A DNA stretch of 64,000 bases, from the NCBI GenBank assembly GCA_951406725.2, contig OX597817.1, positions 169,136,001-169,200,000 on the forward strand. The letters run 5' to 3'. The stretch comes from Octopus vulgaris. Lineage: Eukaryota. Position numbers and translations under genes: made by a program. Of this stretch, positions 23,087 through 36,428 are shown in pieces; positions within the stretch are counted from its first letter, which is position 1, and each line of letters opens with the position of its first letter. Under the pieces are notes generated by a model. It was not told the origin of the DNA. It was given only the letters and a program-made list of their open reading frames with translations, and did no database searches.

Positions 23087-24099
23087 TACCTATTTTATCC
23101 AACCATAATGAAATGAGGTAGCCTTTTTATGGTCACTTGTCTTGATTAAAAATAGGTGAATCTCTTTGAAATCACATCCTATTATCTCGAAAAGGAGAAA
23201 CATTAAATGACGTTGCCCTAAATAGCTTTAAGAATACGGGCTGGTTATGGTTGAAAAATATTTACTCACAGATCTGCTTAATTAGGGTTAACTTCAGGCT
23301 AAACAATAGCAATGCTGCCTTGGTGTTTCAATTAATTAATGAATTAGTTGCTTTTAGAAAAACATATTTTTACATCAATTGGCCGGTGTTTGGAACATGA
23401 ACTTTACAAGCAGAAGTAGTTGCAGGTATATTCTTTTCTACTCAAGGCACAAGGTCCAAAACTTTTTGGGAGGGGGCCAATTGTTTAGATCAACCCCAGT
23501 ATGCAACTGGTACTTCATTTATCAACCCCGAAGGGATGAAAGGCAAAGTTGACCTTGGTGGAATTTGAACTCAGAACGTAAAGACAGATAAAATACTGCT
23601 AAGCATTTTGCCCGGCTTACTAATGTTTCTGCCAGTTAGCAGAAGGAATATTAGTATCAAAAAAAGGTTAAGTGTTCTGGTATCTCAGAAAGTACTTATG
23701 CCAGTAGCTTATAAACTTTTTATCTGTGGTTCTAAATAAAATAAAATATTGTTATATTTGTTTTTGTTTTGTTTCGAAATATTTCTTTCTCTTAAGATGT
23801 GTATTAAGGAGTTGGGGGAAATTTCATAAGGTGGCATGTCCATGCCGGTGGCACATAAAAAGCACCAACTGATAGTGGCCATTGCCAGCCTCGCCTGGCA
23901 CCTGTGCTGGTGGCATGTAAAAAGCACCCACTACACTCACGGAGTGGTTGGCATTAGGAAGGGCATCCAGCTGTAGAAATACTGCCAGATCAGACTGGAG
24001 CCTGGTGCAGCTTCCTGGCTTCCCAGACCCCAGTTGAATCGTCCAACTCATGCTAGCATGGAAAACGGACGTTAAACGATGATGATGATGTCCCCAGTA

Positions 24100-24700
24100 T
24101 AAACAATGGATACACAAAAGGTGTTATGGGATCAAAAGCAAACTATCAAAGGTTTCATATGCAGCAAGTGCATTAGGGTAGTAAGTATTGAGAGTGCATG
24201 GGATATACAGTCTCTCAAATGCCTGGATGGCTCCCAAATTAGCTGTGAAGGTAGATGTTCCATAAGTGTGATAGCTACAGTATGAACAAACCAGAGAAAA
24301 TTCAGGAAACTATTACTTCTGCTGACAACAAGGGATCTATTCCTCACATCCAAGGGCAGATTGTATGAATCTTGTGTGTGAAATGCACTGTTTGCACAAC
24401 AGTGAGATGTGAGCCTTAAATGCAAAGAACCTACAAAGGCTAGAAAGAAACGAGGTAAGCATGCTTCACTGATCTGCCAAGCTGGTGTGTGTGAACAATG
24501 AAATATAAATGAACTGAGAAACGCACTAAGTATAAAGGGAATTAGCATTGCAAGAGAGGAGAACTCGGATGGTATGAGCTAAATGCAGATGGCAAAACGA
24601 CAGCTGCATAAGCAAGTGTTGATTGCTCAAAGTGAATGGTGATTGTGGAAGAGAGAGAGAGAGAGATCTCTGGGTGATGTTGTGAAAAGTTATATCATGA
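24100..24700 (+). mobile_element. Old degenerate RTE ORF fragment
   Basis: WIHKRC...KFRKLLLLLTTRDLFLTSKGRLYESCV homologous to 11400-12050. Confidence 0.7.
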
Positions 24701-24702
24701 TT

Positions 24703-24843
24703 TAAGGTTGTCCTAAAAGTTCGTAGAAAGTCTTGGAAAATAATGGTCTTTATTTTGAGGAATAATTTTTGTTGTTTTTGTTAGTACTTGGCGAGTAAAA
24801 ATTCAATTTTCGCAAGTGTTTACGAACTTTTGGGACAACCTAA
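24703..24843. mobile_element. Tc1/mariner MITE
   Basis: TIR AGGTTGTCC.AAAAGTTCGTA / TACGAACTTTTGGGACAACCT. Confidence 0.8.
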
Positions 24844-25269
24844 TATTATAGAATGAGCTTATTTTGTTAACTAATTACCTAATTGTTGAGTCTACACACC
24901 ATACAACAAATAAATTCTACTTCAAAAGTATATTTCCAACAATGCTAAAATAATCTATTCTATATTTTTGAGGTGAGAAATTATATACATTTGAGCAAGG
25001 TCGTTGGCAGTGCCGCTGGACTGGCTCCTGTGCAGGTGGCACATAAAAAGCACCTTTTGAGCGTGGCCTTTGCCAGTACCGCCTAACTGACCCTAATGCC
25101 AGTGGCACGTAAAAGCACCCACTACACTCTCGGAGTGGTTGGCATTAGGAAGGGCATCCAGCTGTAGAAACTCTGCCGGATCAGATTGGAGCCTGTGTAT
25201 ATAAATATATATATATATATACACACATACAATTTCACACTTGAACATGTGATATTTTATATATTGTTT

Positions 25270-25760
25270 ATCTTTTATCTTTTACTTGTTTCAGTCATTG
25301 GACTGCGGCCATGCTGGGGCACCACCTTAAAGGCTTTAGTCAAACAGATCAATCCCAGTGCCTTTTATTTTAAGCTGACACTTATTCTATCAGTCTCTTT
25401 TTGCCAAACTGCTAAGATATGGAGACATGAACAAACCAACGCTGGTTGTCAAGCAGTGGTGAGAAACAAACACAAGGGTACACACACACACACATACACT
25501 CACATAGATATGTGTGCACACACATACACATACAAACACACATGTACACAGACATACACAATAACTCATATGCATACACACACACACACACACACAAGTG
25601 TAACAAGCTTCTTTCAGTTTCCGTCTATCAAATCCAACCTACAAGGCTTTGGTCTGCCCATGGTTGTAGTAGAAAGACATCTACCCAAGGTGCCATGCAG
25701 TGGGACTGAACCAGGAACCATGTGGCTGGAAAGCAAACTTCTTATCACACAGCCATGCCA
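25270..25760 (-). mobile_element. SINE A ending about 55 bp upstream of AMT exon 2
   Basis: Family A consensus with an expanded (CA)n middle. Confidence 0.85.
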
Positions 25761-25815
25761 TATATTTTCAATCTCATTTCAACGATTTTGTTTCTTGTTA
25801 TTTTATCTTTTCCAG

Positions 25816-26193
25816 AATCTGCGAAAGACTTACCTTTATGACTACCATGTCGAGAAGGGTGGCAGAATGGTACCATTTGGTGGTTGGTCAATGCCTGTTC
25901 AATACAAAGATGGTATTCGGGACTCTCACCATCATGTACGAAACCATGCTGGTATATTTGATGTCTCCCATATGATGCAGACCAAAATCCATGGTAAAGA
26001 TCGTGTGGCGTTCATGGAAAGCCTCACCCTTGCTAATGTGAAGATCTTGAAACCTGGAGTTGGTTGCTTAACGGTGTTTACTAATGAGAAAGGAGGTATT
26101 AACGATGATTTGATTGTCACAAACACCAGCGAAGGATATCTTTATGTTGTGTCAAATGCTGCATGTGATCATAAAGATTTCGCTAACATGGAG
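25816..26193 (+). CDS. AMT: AMT exon 2 ([11 protein letters not shown]...[13 protein letters not shown]...FDVSHM...GGINDDLIV...[15 protein letters not shown])
   Basis: ttttccag acceptor, GAG|gtaaga donor, 378 nt; GcvT N-terminal signature motifs. Confidence 0.97.
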
Positions 26194-26588
26194 GTAAGAT
26201 TTTGTTGTTTAACCCTAGGCCAACCCCAATTAAGTAGATCTATGATTAAAGGAGTATGTGTTAATGGCAACGATCTGGCAGTCGCCTTACTGGCACGTGA
26301 ACAAAACATTCGAGCGAGGTCATTGCCAGTGCCGCTGGACAGACTCCTGTGCAGGTGGTGCATAAAAACACCATTTTGAGCGTGACCATTGCCAGTACCG
26401 CCAGACTGGCCCTCGTGCCAGTGGCACGTAAAAGCACCCACTACACTCTTGGAATGGTTGGTGTTAGGAAGGGCATCCAGCTGTAGAAACTCTGCCTGAT
26501 CAAGATTGGAGCCTGGCACAGCCATGTAGTTCACCAGACCTCAGTCAAATCGTCCAACCCATGGTAGCATGGAAAGCGGATGTTAAAC

Positions 26589-26633
<45 letters not shown>

Positions 26634-27109
26634 TGGTTAGGATCTCCGGCTCATGATTGAGAGGTCTTGAATTCAATTGCTGGTGGTGCATTATGTTCTT
26701 GAGCAAGACACTTTATGTTACATTGCCTCAGTCCACTCAGCTGGCAAAAATGAATTGTACCTGTAATTCAAGGAGCCAGCCTTGTCACATTCTGTGTCAC
26801 ACTGAATCTTCTTGAGAACTACATTAAGAATATGCATGTCACTGGAATTCTCAGCCACTTGCACTTAATCTTCAGAGGCAGGTGAACAATCCATTTAATG
26901 GATTGGCTTGAACACTGATTGTAGTAACCATTGGAGTGCCAGTGAGATAATTAAAGGCATTCCAGCCATGACCACCTTTTTAAAGTTGTGAAGGATGTGA
27001 TTAACATGTTCTTTCTTCACTTTAGACTGTAGAGTGTGAATTGAAGGAGATTTGGTTATTATTTCTAGCAGATTGAGCAACCATGTACAGGACACCCTTG
27101 TTTGTTTAA

Positions 27110-27320
27110 CCCTTTCGTTACTGTATTTATTTTGAGATGCTCTGTGTTTCTTTCAATTACTTTTAAATATAACAAAGAATTTAGTAAAATAACTCAGTTA
27201 TCATTAAGCTAGTGTTAGGATCATAAATTGTGACTAAGGTTTGGTGGGAGATTTTAATTCAAAACTTATGAAAACAAGAGATTTGTACTCAGAACCTGAG
27301 CAGGTTTAGTAACGAAAGGG
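27110..27320. mobile_element. piggyBac-type MITE, same family as 3062-3282
   Basis: TTAA TSDs, CCCTTTCGTTAC TIRs. Confidence 0.9.
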
Positions 27321-27816
27321 TTAAAGTGATGCTTTGTTAACATAGAGGAGGTAGGCCAGCAGATATAAAAGTATTATGATAACCATTGCTATACCATCAC
27401 CACAACATCACCACCTCACCACCACCAACATGATCACCTTCACCAACAATAACTACAGTATAGTGAGCCAACAAGGCAAACTCTGGATAGTTGCCTGATC
27501 TGTTAAAAATAGCAATGAAATCTCCCACAAATCACACTCCTACCATCTTGAAAGTAGTACATATTGAACAGTGATGCCATAGATATACAAATGACAGGTT
27601 CGTCATAATTGAAATGTCTTTGATTATAGGTTTGCTTGATTAGGGCTGATTTGGGGATAGACAATAGCAGTAACAAAAACAACAGTAACTCTAGTAGCGA
27701 CTACAATAGCAACATCCATACCAATGGGGAAGGTTCTATATTACTTTGTTTTCGACTAGGGTCCATATAAGATTTTGTCAATAAAATTTATGTGCAATGA
27801 ATTAGCTATAGTTCTA

Positions 27817-27943
27817 CAGGGTGTCCACAAAGCCTGGGTGCATGGGGATTAACACATACTTTAAGAAATTATTATTTCTTATATTTAATTGTTTATGTTA
27901 TGATTTTATTTACTCCATGTACCCAGACTTTGTGGACACCCTG
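27817..27943. mobile_element. Tc1/mariner MITE nested in the hAT-like MITE
   Basis: TA TSD; TIR CAGGGTGTCCACAAAG.CTGGGT / ACCCAGACTTTGTGGACACCCTG. Confidence 0.88.
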
Positions 27944-28455
27944 TATAATACACAAAATAGTTAAACAATTTTTTAAAATACAATTCCTAATCGGTTCGGC
28001 AAGGGAGACCGATAGAATAAGTACTGGGCTTACAAAAAGAATAAGTTCCGGGGTCGAGTTGCTCGATTAAGAGCGGTGCTCCAGCATGGCCGCAGTCAAA
28101 TGACTCAAACAAGTAAAGAGTAAAACTATTTAATTATAATGGAATTTTTTTAAACATTGAATGGCTGCAAGAGTCCATCTGAGTGAAATAGGAATCAAAA
28201 GGGTCCATACGTACAAGATGGTTGAGAATCACTGCTCTACATGGTCATTTGATTTGCTAGAAAAAAACCAGTTAGATTTCCCCTAAATCATTACCCTTTA
28301 GTTTTAAAGACTTCATTGGATAACATAGTATTAATTACAAGATATCTGAAAAGAATAGACAGTGATGGCTAGAATGCTTTTGATCTTAGGATAGCTCTAT
28401 TAGGGGTGAGTTGGAGCTCATGCCACATCAACCATAGTAATACCAGCAACAACAA

Positions 28456-28834
28456 GGAGGCGCAATGGCCCAATGGTTAGGGCAGTAGACTCGCAGTTTC
28501 GATTCCCAGACCGGGCGTTGTGTGTGTTTATTGAGCAAAAACACCTAAAGCTCCATGAGGCTCTGGCAGGGGGTGGTGGCGACCCCTGTTGTACTCTTTC
28601 ACCCCAACTTTCTCTCACTCTTTCTTCCTCTTTCTTGTCCCCGACTTCCTACGCAACCGCTGAGCCTGGATGTGCATTCATCCATCCATCGATGCTCTCG
28701 GTGTCGGGGGTTGACCTGCTTTCTCTTCTGCGGGTCTTACGAATAGCAAAGGACCACGTTTCGGACTTCTCCCACTACAGGGGCACGATCTTGCGAGCTC
28801 TGGGACGAAGACCGCGCTTCACTTCACTCGCTCA
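28456..28834 (+). mobile_element. tRNA-headed SINE (family C) with 14-bp TSD
   Basis: ACCAGCAACAACAA at 28442-28455 and 28835-28848; head shared with 48605-48925 (+) and 45670-45965 (-). Confidence 0.85.
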
Positions 28835-28908
28835 ACCAGCAACAACAACATTAACGTCACCACTACCACCATTACGATCAAATTACACAAAATTTTATTC
28901 AATTTCAG

Positions 28909-28987
28909 AAAAAATGTACTGAGTTCCATAGCAAAGGTCTTGATGTCACCCTTGAACGACTAACTGACTCATTGATTGCTGTACAAG
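28909..28987 (+). CDS. AMT: AMT exon 3 (KKCTEFHSKGLDVTLERLTDSLIAVQG)
   Basis: atttcag acceptor, AAG|gtaagt donor, 79 nt, phase 0 to 1; supplies the conserved (L)IAVQGP motif; not in the ORF track. Confidence 0.93.
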
Positions 28988-30426
28988 GTAAGTTAAGTCC
29001 ACCTTGGTATATGAGCCTCTTGTACTAACCCCTTTGCATCTTATGTTAATATATGCTTTTTAGCGCAGAGAAGCTCTTTGTTATTGATACAAGCGACAAT
29101 TTTTCAAACTGATTTCATCTGTTCCTATACAAAAGTATAAAGGAACTCACTGGGTAAATCTAATATTTTTTATGCAGTTTCTAAATCTTTCATCATCATC
29201 ATCATCGTTTAACATCCGCTTTCCATGCTAGCATGGGTTGGACGATTTTGACTGAGGGCTGGTGAACCAGATTGCTGCACCAGGCTCCAATCTGGATTTG
29301 GCAGAGTTTCTACAGGTGGATGCCCTTCCTAATGCCAACCACTCCAAAATTGTAGTGGGTGCTTTAACGTGACTACTGATTCTACCCGAACACTGGGGTA
29401 TCACCACCATCACCATCACCATCATCATCATCATCATCATCATCATTTAGTGTCTGCTTTCCACGCTAGCATGGGTTAGACAGTTCGACTGAAACTGGTA
29501 AGTTGTAGGGCTACTCCAGGTTCCAATATGATTTGGCATGGTTTCTATGGCTGGTTGCCCTTTCTAATGCTAACCACTCCAAGAGTGTAATGGGTGCTAG
29601 TTATGTGACACCAGCATTGGCCATGACTACAGTTTCACTTAGCTTGATGCGTCTTCTCAAGCACGGCATACCACCAAACGTCTCGGTCACTTATCATTGC
29701 CTCTGTGAGGCCCAATGTTTGAAGGGTGCTTTCTACATGCCACTGGCATGGTGGCCAGTTACGTGACACCAGCATCAGCTATGACTGCGATTTCACTTGG
29801 CTTGATGTGTCTTCTCAAGGATGGCATATCACCAATAATATTTATTGTAACATACTCTTTTAAATGTTTCAGTCATATGACCATGGCCATGCTGGGGCAT
29901 CGCCTTTAGTTGAGCAAATCGACCCCAGGACTTATTCTTTGTAAGCCTAGTACTTATTCTATCGGTCTCTTTTGCCGAGTCAAGCGATGTTGGGGGGACA
30001 AACACACACACATATATATATACATATATACATATACATATATATGATGGGCTTCTTTCAGTTTCCGTCTGCCAAATCCACTCACAAGGCTTTGGTCGGC
30101 CCGAGGCTATAGTAGAAGACACTTGCCCAAAGTGCTACGCAGTGGGACTGAACCCGGAACCATGTGGTTGGTAAGCAAGCTACTTACCACACAGCCACAA
30201 CAACTTGCAGATACAAGTGGTACCGGTTGAAAGCTCCACATACTGGGTGCTAGCAAGTTTATAGGATCATCAGGAGAGAATACATTCTGTTTCAGAGCCT
30301 TCCTCTCCAAACATATAATAATGAATCAAATTTCTACTTTTTTCTTCTGAGTGTGTGTCATGCCATTTTCAATATTTGTAGATGCTTCTGACCTGTTTGT
30401 TTTATATATTTCTCTTCCATCTATAG

Positions 30427-30572
30427 GTCCTTCAGCTGCAAAGGTGTTACAGCCAGGTTTGACTTTTGAGCTTGCAGATCTGCCATTCATGCGAAGTATC
30501 TTGACCTCGGTATTTGGCATCCCTAACTGCCGAGTCACCAGGTGTGGCTACACAGGTGAAGATGGTGTTGAG
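30427..30572 (+). CDS. AMT: AMT exon 4 (GPSAAKVLQ...[15 protein letters not shown])
   Basis: ctatag acceptor, GAG|gtaatt donor, 146 nt; RCGYTGEDG motif. Confidence 0.97.
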
Positions 30573-31456
30573 GTAATTTTTATCTTTATCCTGTCACTTT
30601 TTTATTGTTTTTTGCCACTGAATATTTTTGTTACTGCAAGCCTCTTACAGAATATTGACTCACCCCAGTGTATCAAGATGGGGTGGGGTCACAAAAAGCC
30701 CTTCCCCCTGCCTTTACAATGTGATACCCAGATATCCAAATTGCTGCGTTGTATTCTACATATTACCCCAACATATCAGCCCTATATGCTACTTTGACAC
30801 GTTACCCTTATATCTTATCTTCTACACCTCATCCTACATTGCTTCCCTCTTGTTGCTGTGTTGCTCCAGCTTTGCCTGAGTGAACTGACCCATGGTTAGA
30901 AGCCTTGCTACCATGACTATTCTATCATTTTGACAAACTATCCAGTTTTATGATGATAAAGTGTGAGTTGTGGATGATTTAGTTGCTATTTCTAGCAGCT
31001 TCAGTGACCATGTAGATGTTCTCCCAATGGCTCATCTACCTCATTTGTTATCTATATGTGTAACTCCACACATGTTGCCTATATCTATAGCATGGTAGGC
31101 CTTTTCAGACTGGTGAGGTCAATATAGATGTTCAGCTTGAACTTTTGCAGGTTTGAAGCCTGCAAACAGAGGATATATGAAGTGAGTGAGTGAGTGATAG
31201 AGAGGGAGAGAGAGAGAGAGTTCTAGAAAGTTGCAATCTTAAAGCAGGAGGAATGAGTAAAGTGTTGAATCCAGGGTTTTGAGAGATGGATGAGACAATG
31301 TAAAGAAGGCAAGTCAAAAATTAGGTTTGAAATAATTGACTAGACCATTCCCCACAAAATTCCAGGTCTTGTGTCTATGGTAGAAAGAGTTATATTATAC
31401 TCCAGTTGGTAGAAATGCAGTGGTCTGTAAAGTAGGAAGTTACAGTGGATGAGTTG

Positions 31457-31777
31457 ATAATAATAATAATAATAATTGTGTACAGTGCTCAGGTGCACTA
31501 CAACTCATCTAAAGTGTATATATAATCAGGTGTAGTTTCGGCGGATTTCGGAAAGCATGAGGGCCTTAAAGGATGCAGTGTCATGGCAGTCAACAACTGA
31601 CGCAGGCAGTTTATTCCATGCTTCAGCAACTCGAGCGTGAAGAAATGTTTCCGAAAGTCATGGGAGCTGTGTTGTTTTCTGACTTTGTAGGCATGTCCAC
31701 GTGTGTTAGACACATGGAGATCAAAAAGGTGTTCAGTGTTGTTGTTGGTGAGGTGGTTGATAATTTTGTGGGTGTTT
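31457..31777 (-). mobile_element. 5'-truncated CR1-clade LINE 3' end
   Basis: Near-identical to 33146-33480; (TTA)n tail; NTRGHAYK...RKHFF. Confidence 0.9.
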
Positions 31778-32096
31778 GTTAACTTTTCAACTTGACTGGT
31801 GTGGGTTCATATCCTGACAAGGATACAGTGCAGTGAAAAGAGCTAGGCACTGAATCTTTTTAGCATTTGTAAACAAAATCTGATATGTAGGGTGGTGAGC
31901 TATAATACTGAGATCAAATCCAGCTTTCTTATGACAATAAATGTAAATGAAGTGTTGGTGTGGTTGTTGAAGATTGAGATGATAATGTACCAAACCTTGG
32001 TTTTCATCATTGTACAAATCAAAGAAAACCAAGATAATATCAACTGTCAAAGATTTCCGCAGATAGCAATAAAGATATAATCTTCATTATCGTCTG

Positions 32097-32436
32097 AAGG
32101 CACATGGCTCAGTGGTTAGAGCGTCGAGCTTACGATCGTGAGGTTGTGTGCTCGAATCCCGGACCGGGCTGCGTGTTGTGTTCTTGAGCAAAGCACTTTA
32201 TTTCACGTTGCTCCAGTTCACTCAGCTGTAGAAATGAGTTGCGACGTCACAGGTGCCAAGCTGTATCGACCTTTGTCTTTCCTTTGGATAACACAGGTGG
32301 CATGGAGAGGGGAGGCTGGTATGCATGGGCGACTGCTGGTCTTCCATAAACAACCTTGCCCGGACTTGTGTCTAGGAGGGTAACTTTCTAGGTGCAATCC
32401 CATGGTCATTCATGACCGAAGGGGGTCTTTACCTTT
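32097..32436 (+). mobile_element. tRNA/CORE-type SINE (family D); copy at 39108-39440, relatives at about 26635-26980 and 60690-60960 (-)
   Basis: TGGCTCAGTGGTTAGAGC A box, TCGAATCC B box, TGTTCTTGAGCAA.GCACTT. Confidence 0.85.
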
Positions 32437-32659
32437 TATCGTCTGAGGAAATCTTAAGCCTTGCCTTCAGGTGACTCAATGTTATTTAATTCTTTATCCA
32501 AAGGAGTTAGATGCATGTCAGTTGGTCTGTCTTGAAGATTTCAAACATCACGTGAATAATGTTTATTTACCATTTTCCAGACTAGGTAGCTTTTGCAGGT
32601 TTTAGTCAGAGCAGAGCAAACCCAGTAAGCAACTAGTGCATCAACTACAAGCTCTCTCC

Positions 32660-32690
<31 letters not shown>

Positions 32691-33093
32691 AATACTTTTA
32701 CCTTCAACTTGTTTCTGTCATTGGACTGCGGCCATGCTGGAGCACTGCTTTGAACAATTTTTAGTCAAATGTATTGACCCTGGTACTTATTTTGGTACTT
32801 ATTCAACCAGTCACTTTTTGCTGAACCACTAGGTTACGGGGACATAAACGCACCAGCACTGTCTGTCAAGCGATGGTGGTGGTGGTGGTGGTTGGGACAA
32901 ACACACACACACATATATATGATGGGCTTCTTTCAGTTTCCATCTACTACATCCATTCACAAGGCTTTGGTCAGCCTGAGGGTATAGTAGAACACATTTG
33001 CTCAAGGTGCTACACGGCAGGATTGAACTCTGAATAATGTGGTTGAGAAGCAAATATCTTACCACACAGCCATGCCTGAATATATGTGTATGT

Positions 33094-33124
<31 letters not shown>

Positions 33125-33142
33125 GGTGCAGGAGTGGCTGTG

Positions 33143-33145
<3 letters not shown>

Positions 33146-33176
<31 letters not shown>

Positions 33177-34230
33177 TGTGTACAGTGCTCAGGTGCACTA
33201 CAACTCATCTAAAGTGTATATATAATCAGGTGAAGTTTCGGCGGATTTCGGAAAGCATGAGGGCCTTAAAAGATGCAGTGTCATGGCAGTCAACAACCGA
33301 CGCAGGCAGTTTATTCCATGCTTCAGCAACTCTGAGCGTGAAAAAATGCTTCCGAAAGTCATGGGAGCTGTATTGTTTTCTGACTTTGTAGGCATGTCCA
33401 CGTGTGTTAGACACATGGAGATCAAAAAGGTGTTCAGTGTTGTTGTTGGTGAGGTGGTTGATAACTTTGTGGGTGTTTACCAAGTCCGTCGCCAAACGCC
33501 GGAGCTTCAGTGAATCCATGCCCAGGGAAACAAGGCGCTCAGAATATGGTAGGTGTCTGATGGAGGGTATGCGTTTGGTTGCACGTCTCTGGACAGATTC
33601 CAGGAGGTCAATGTTCTGTGCAAGATAGGGGTTCCAAACTGATGATGCGAATTCCAAGTGTGGTCGTACCATAGCTGTATACAGTTTTAAATAGATGGCT
33701 GGAGAGCGGCTAACAAAAGACCTGCTGAGTGATGCCAAGACACCCTCGGCCTTCCTGACAATCTTAGAGATATGCTTTGACCAACGCAAATCACTGCTGA
33801 CAGTGATGCCTAGGTCACACTCGCAAGAGGATTTCTTGATATCAGTGTTGTGGAGGGAGTATGTGAACGCAGGGTTTTTTCTCCCAAAATGCATGGTGGT
33901 ACACTTGTCCACAGCCAGTTTCAGTTGCCAGTCTGTGATCCATTGCTGCATTGTGTCTAGGTCTGATTGCAGGAAAGAGTTGTAGACATCAGGATCTGTC
34001 CTCTTGATTTCAAGGTACAGCTTGATGTCGTCTGCATATTTCAATACTGTGGCATTCTTTAAATTGGCATCTATGTCGTTAATGTATGCCACAAACAAGA
34101 GGGGCCAAGGACAAGATCCCTGTGGTACACCCGATGACATCTCATATGGTGTAGAGTGCTGTCCTAGAACTGTGACTACCTCCTTTCGGCTGAGGATGAA
34201 GGATTTCAACCAGTTAAAAAGGTCATCCAA
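33146..34230 (-). mobile_element. CR1-clade LINE RT fragment (open about 330 aa) inserted in a SINE A head
   Basis: SGVPQGS..PLLF..YINDI..KYADDIKLY..RPHLEFASSVWNP..LESVQRRATK; host SINE split as 33127-33148 and 34230-34596. Confidence 0.95.
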
Positions 34231-35067
34231 ACTTGCTTCCAAACTACATGGTTCCGGGTTCAGTCTCACTGTGTGGCACCTTGGGCAAGTGTCTTCTACT
34301 ATAGCCTAGGGACGACTAAAGGCTTGTGAGTGGATTTGGTAGATGGAAACTGAAAGAAGCCCGTTGTATACATGTATATGTATATATATGTGTGTGTGTT
34401 TGTGTGTCTGTGTTTGTCCCCCAACAATGCTGGTGTGTTTACGTCACCATAACTTAGCAGTTCAGCAAGAAAGACCGATAGAATAAGTACTAGGCTTACA
34501 AAGAATAAGTCCTGGGGTCGATTTGCTCAACTAAAGGCGGTGCTCCAGCTTGGCCGCAATCAAATGACTGAATCAAGTAAAAGCAAGTAAAAGAGAATAT
34601 ATATATCTTGGTGGCACGTAAAAAGCACCCACTACACTCTCGGAGTGGTTGGTGTTAGGAAGGGCATCCAGCTGTAGATACTCTGCCAGATCAAGACTGG
34701 AGCCTGGTGCAGCCATCTGGTTGCCAGCCCTCAGTCAAAACCGTCCAACCCATGCTAGCATGGAAAGCGGACGTTAAATGATGATGATGATGATGATTCT
34801 CTTTGTACTCTCCTCTCTCTCCTTCATTCCAGAAGAAGGCTATCTTCAGTAGATTCTAATCAATGTAGTAGTACTGATTCAAGTAACACAGAAACCTAGT
34901 GCATGCACACATACACATTTACATATATAGATTAAAAAACCAGAAATACAAATATTTGAACGAAACAGGAAACCATGCATATATTGTTGCGTTCTGTAAT
35001 TACGAGAATGATTTAATGGTTTGAACCCAGCAAAAGATTGCTTTATAACTTCTATATTTCTTTTTAG

Positions 35068-35254
35068 ATCTCTGTGACCTGCGAAAAAGTTATAGAACTG
35101 CTGGAAAACTTACTCAATTCAAACATTGATGAAGTCAGACTTGCTGGCTTGGGTGCTCGTGATACTCTCCGCCTAGAGGCTGGACTTTGTCTCTATGGCA
35201 ATGACATGGATGAAACTACAACTCCAATTGAAGCATCTCTAGGTTGGTTGTTAG
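35068..35254 (+). CDS. AMT: AMT exon 5 (ISVTCEK...[38 protein letters not shown])
   Basis: tttttag acceptor, TAG|gtaagt donor, 187 nt; GLGARD.LRLEAG.CLYG motif. Confidence 0.97.
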
Positions 35255-36388
35255 GTAAGTCCACTTGTATTTTAATATAATAAAGATGATGATGATGATG
35301 GTGGTGGTGGTGGTGGTGGTGGTGGTGGCGACGACGACGATGATTTCAAATTTTGGCACAAAGCCAGCAATTTCGAAGGAGGGGATAAGTCATTTACATC
35401 AACCCCAGTGTTCAACTGGTGCTTATTTTATTGACCCTGAATGGATGAAAGCCAAAGTTGACCTCAGCAGAATTTGAACTCAGAATGTAAAGATGGATGA
35501 AATTGCCACTAAGCATTTTTCCCAGTGCAGTTATGATTCTGCCCACTCGCCACATCAATAATAATAATAATAATAGTGGCGGCGGCAGGGGGTGGGGTGG
35601 AGTGGGGTTTCTACTAGGCCTGAAATTTTGAGGATGGGGTTATGTCAATTACATTGACCTCAGTACTCCACTGGTACTTAATTTATTGGCCTCTGAAAGG
35701 ATGAATGGCAAAATCGACCTTGGTGGAATTTGAACTAAGAATGTGAAGACAGATGAAATGCTATTAAGCATTTTGCCTGGTGTTGTAATGATTTTGCGAG
35801 CTTGGCATATTAATAATGATGATAATCCTTTCTACTATAGACACAATGCTGACAATTTTGTGAATGTGAAGACAGACAAAATGCTGCTGAGCATTTTGCC
35901 TAGCGTGTTAATGATTCTGCTGTCTCGCTGCCTTCGATAATAATAATAATAATAATTCGTTCGTTTATTGGCCACAAGGGCTGACAAAAATCAATTAAAA
36001 CATAAAGGGACAAAACACAGGACGAAAGTTACAAAGGGTTTTGTCCGTTTGAAAAAGTCCATGTACAAAAGCAGGATAACAACGAAATATAAGTAACAAT
36101 AATAATAATCCTTTCCCCTTTAGGTACAAGACCTGATATCTTGTGGTAGCGGGGTAATAATAATAATAATAATAATGATTTCAAAATTTGGCACAAGGCT
36201 AGTAAGTTCAGGGTAGGGGTTAAGTCGATTACATCCACCCCAGCCTTCAACTGGTACTTATTTTATCAACCCTGAAAGGATGAAAGGCAACACTGACCTC
36301 AGTGGAATTTGAACTCAGAATATGAAGATGGACAAAATGTTGCTAAGTATTTTGCCCAGCATGCTACCAATTCTGCCAACTCACCACC

Positions 36389-36428
<40 letters not shown>

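Noticed and set aside
25186-26379. 397-aa ORF as a single-exon gene
   Set aside because: Only 25816-26193 is GcvT-like and it is bounded by canonical splice sites; the rest is antisense SINE A and RTE tail read through by chance
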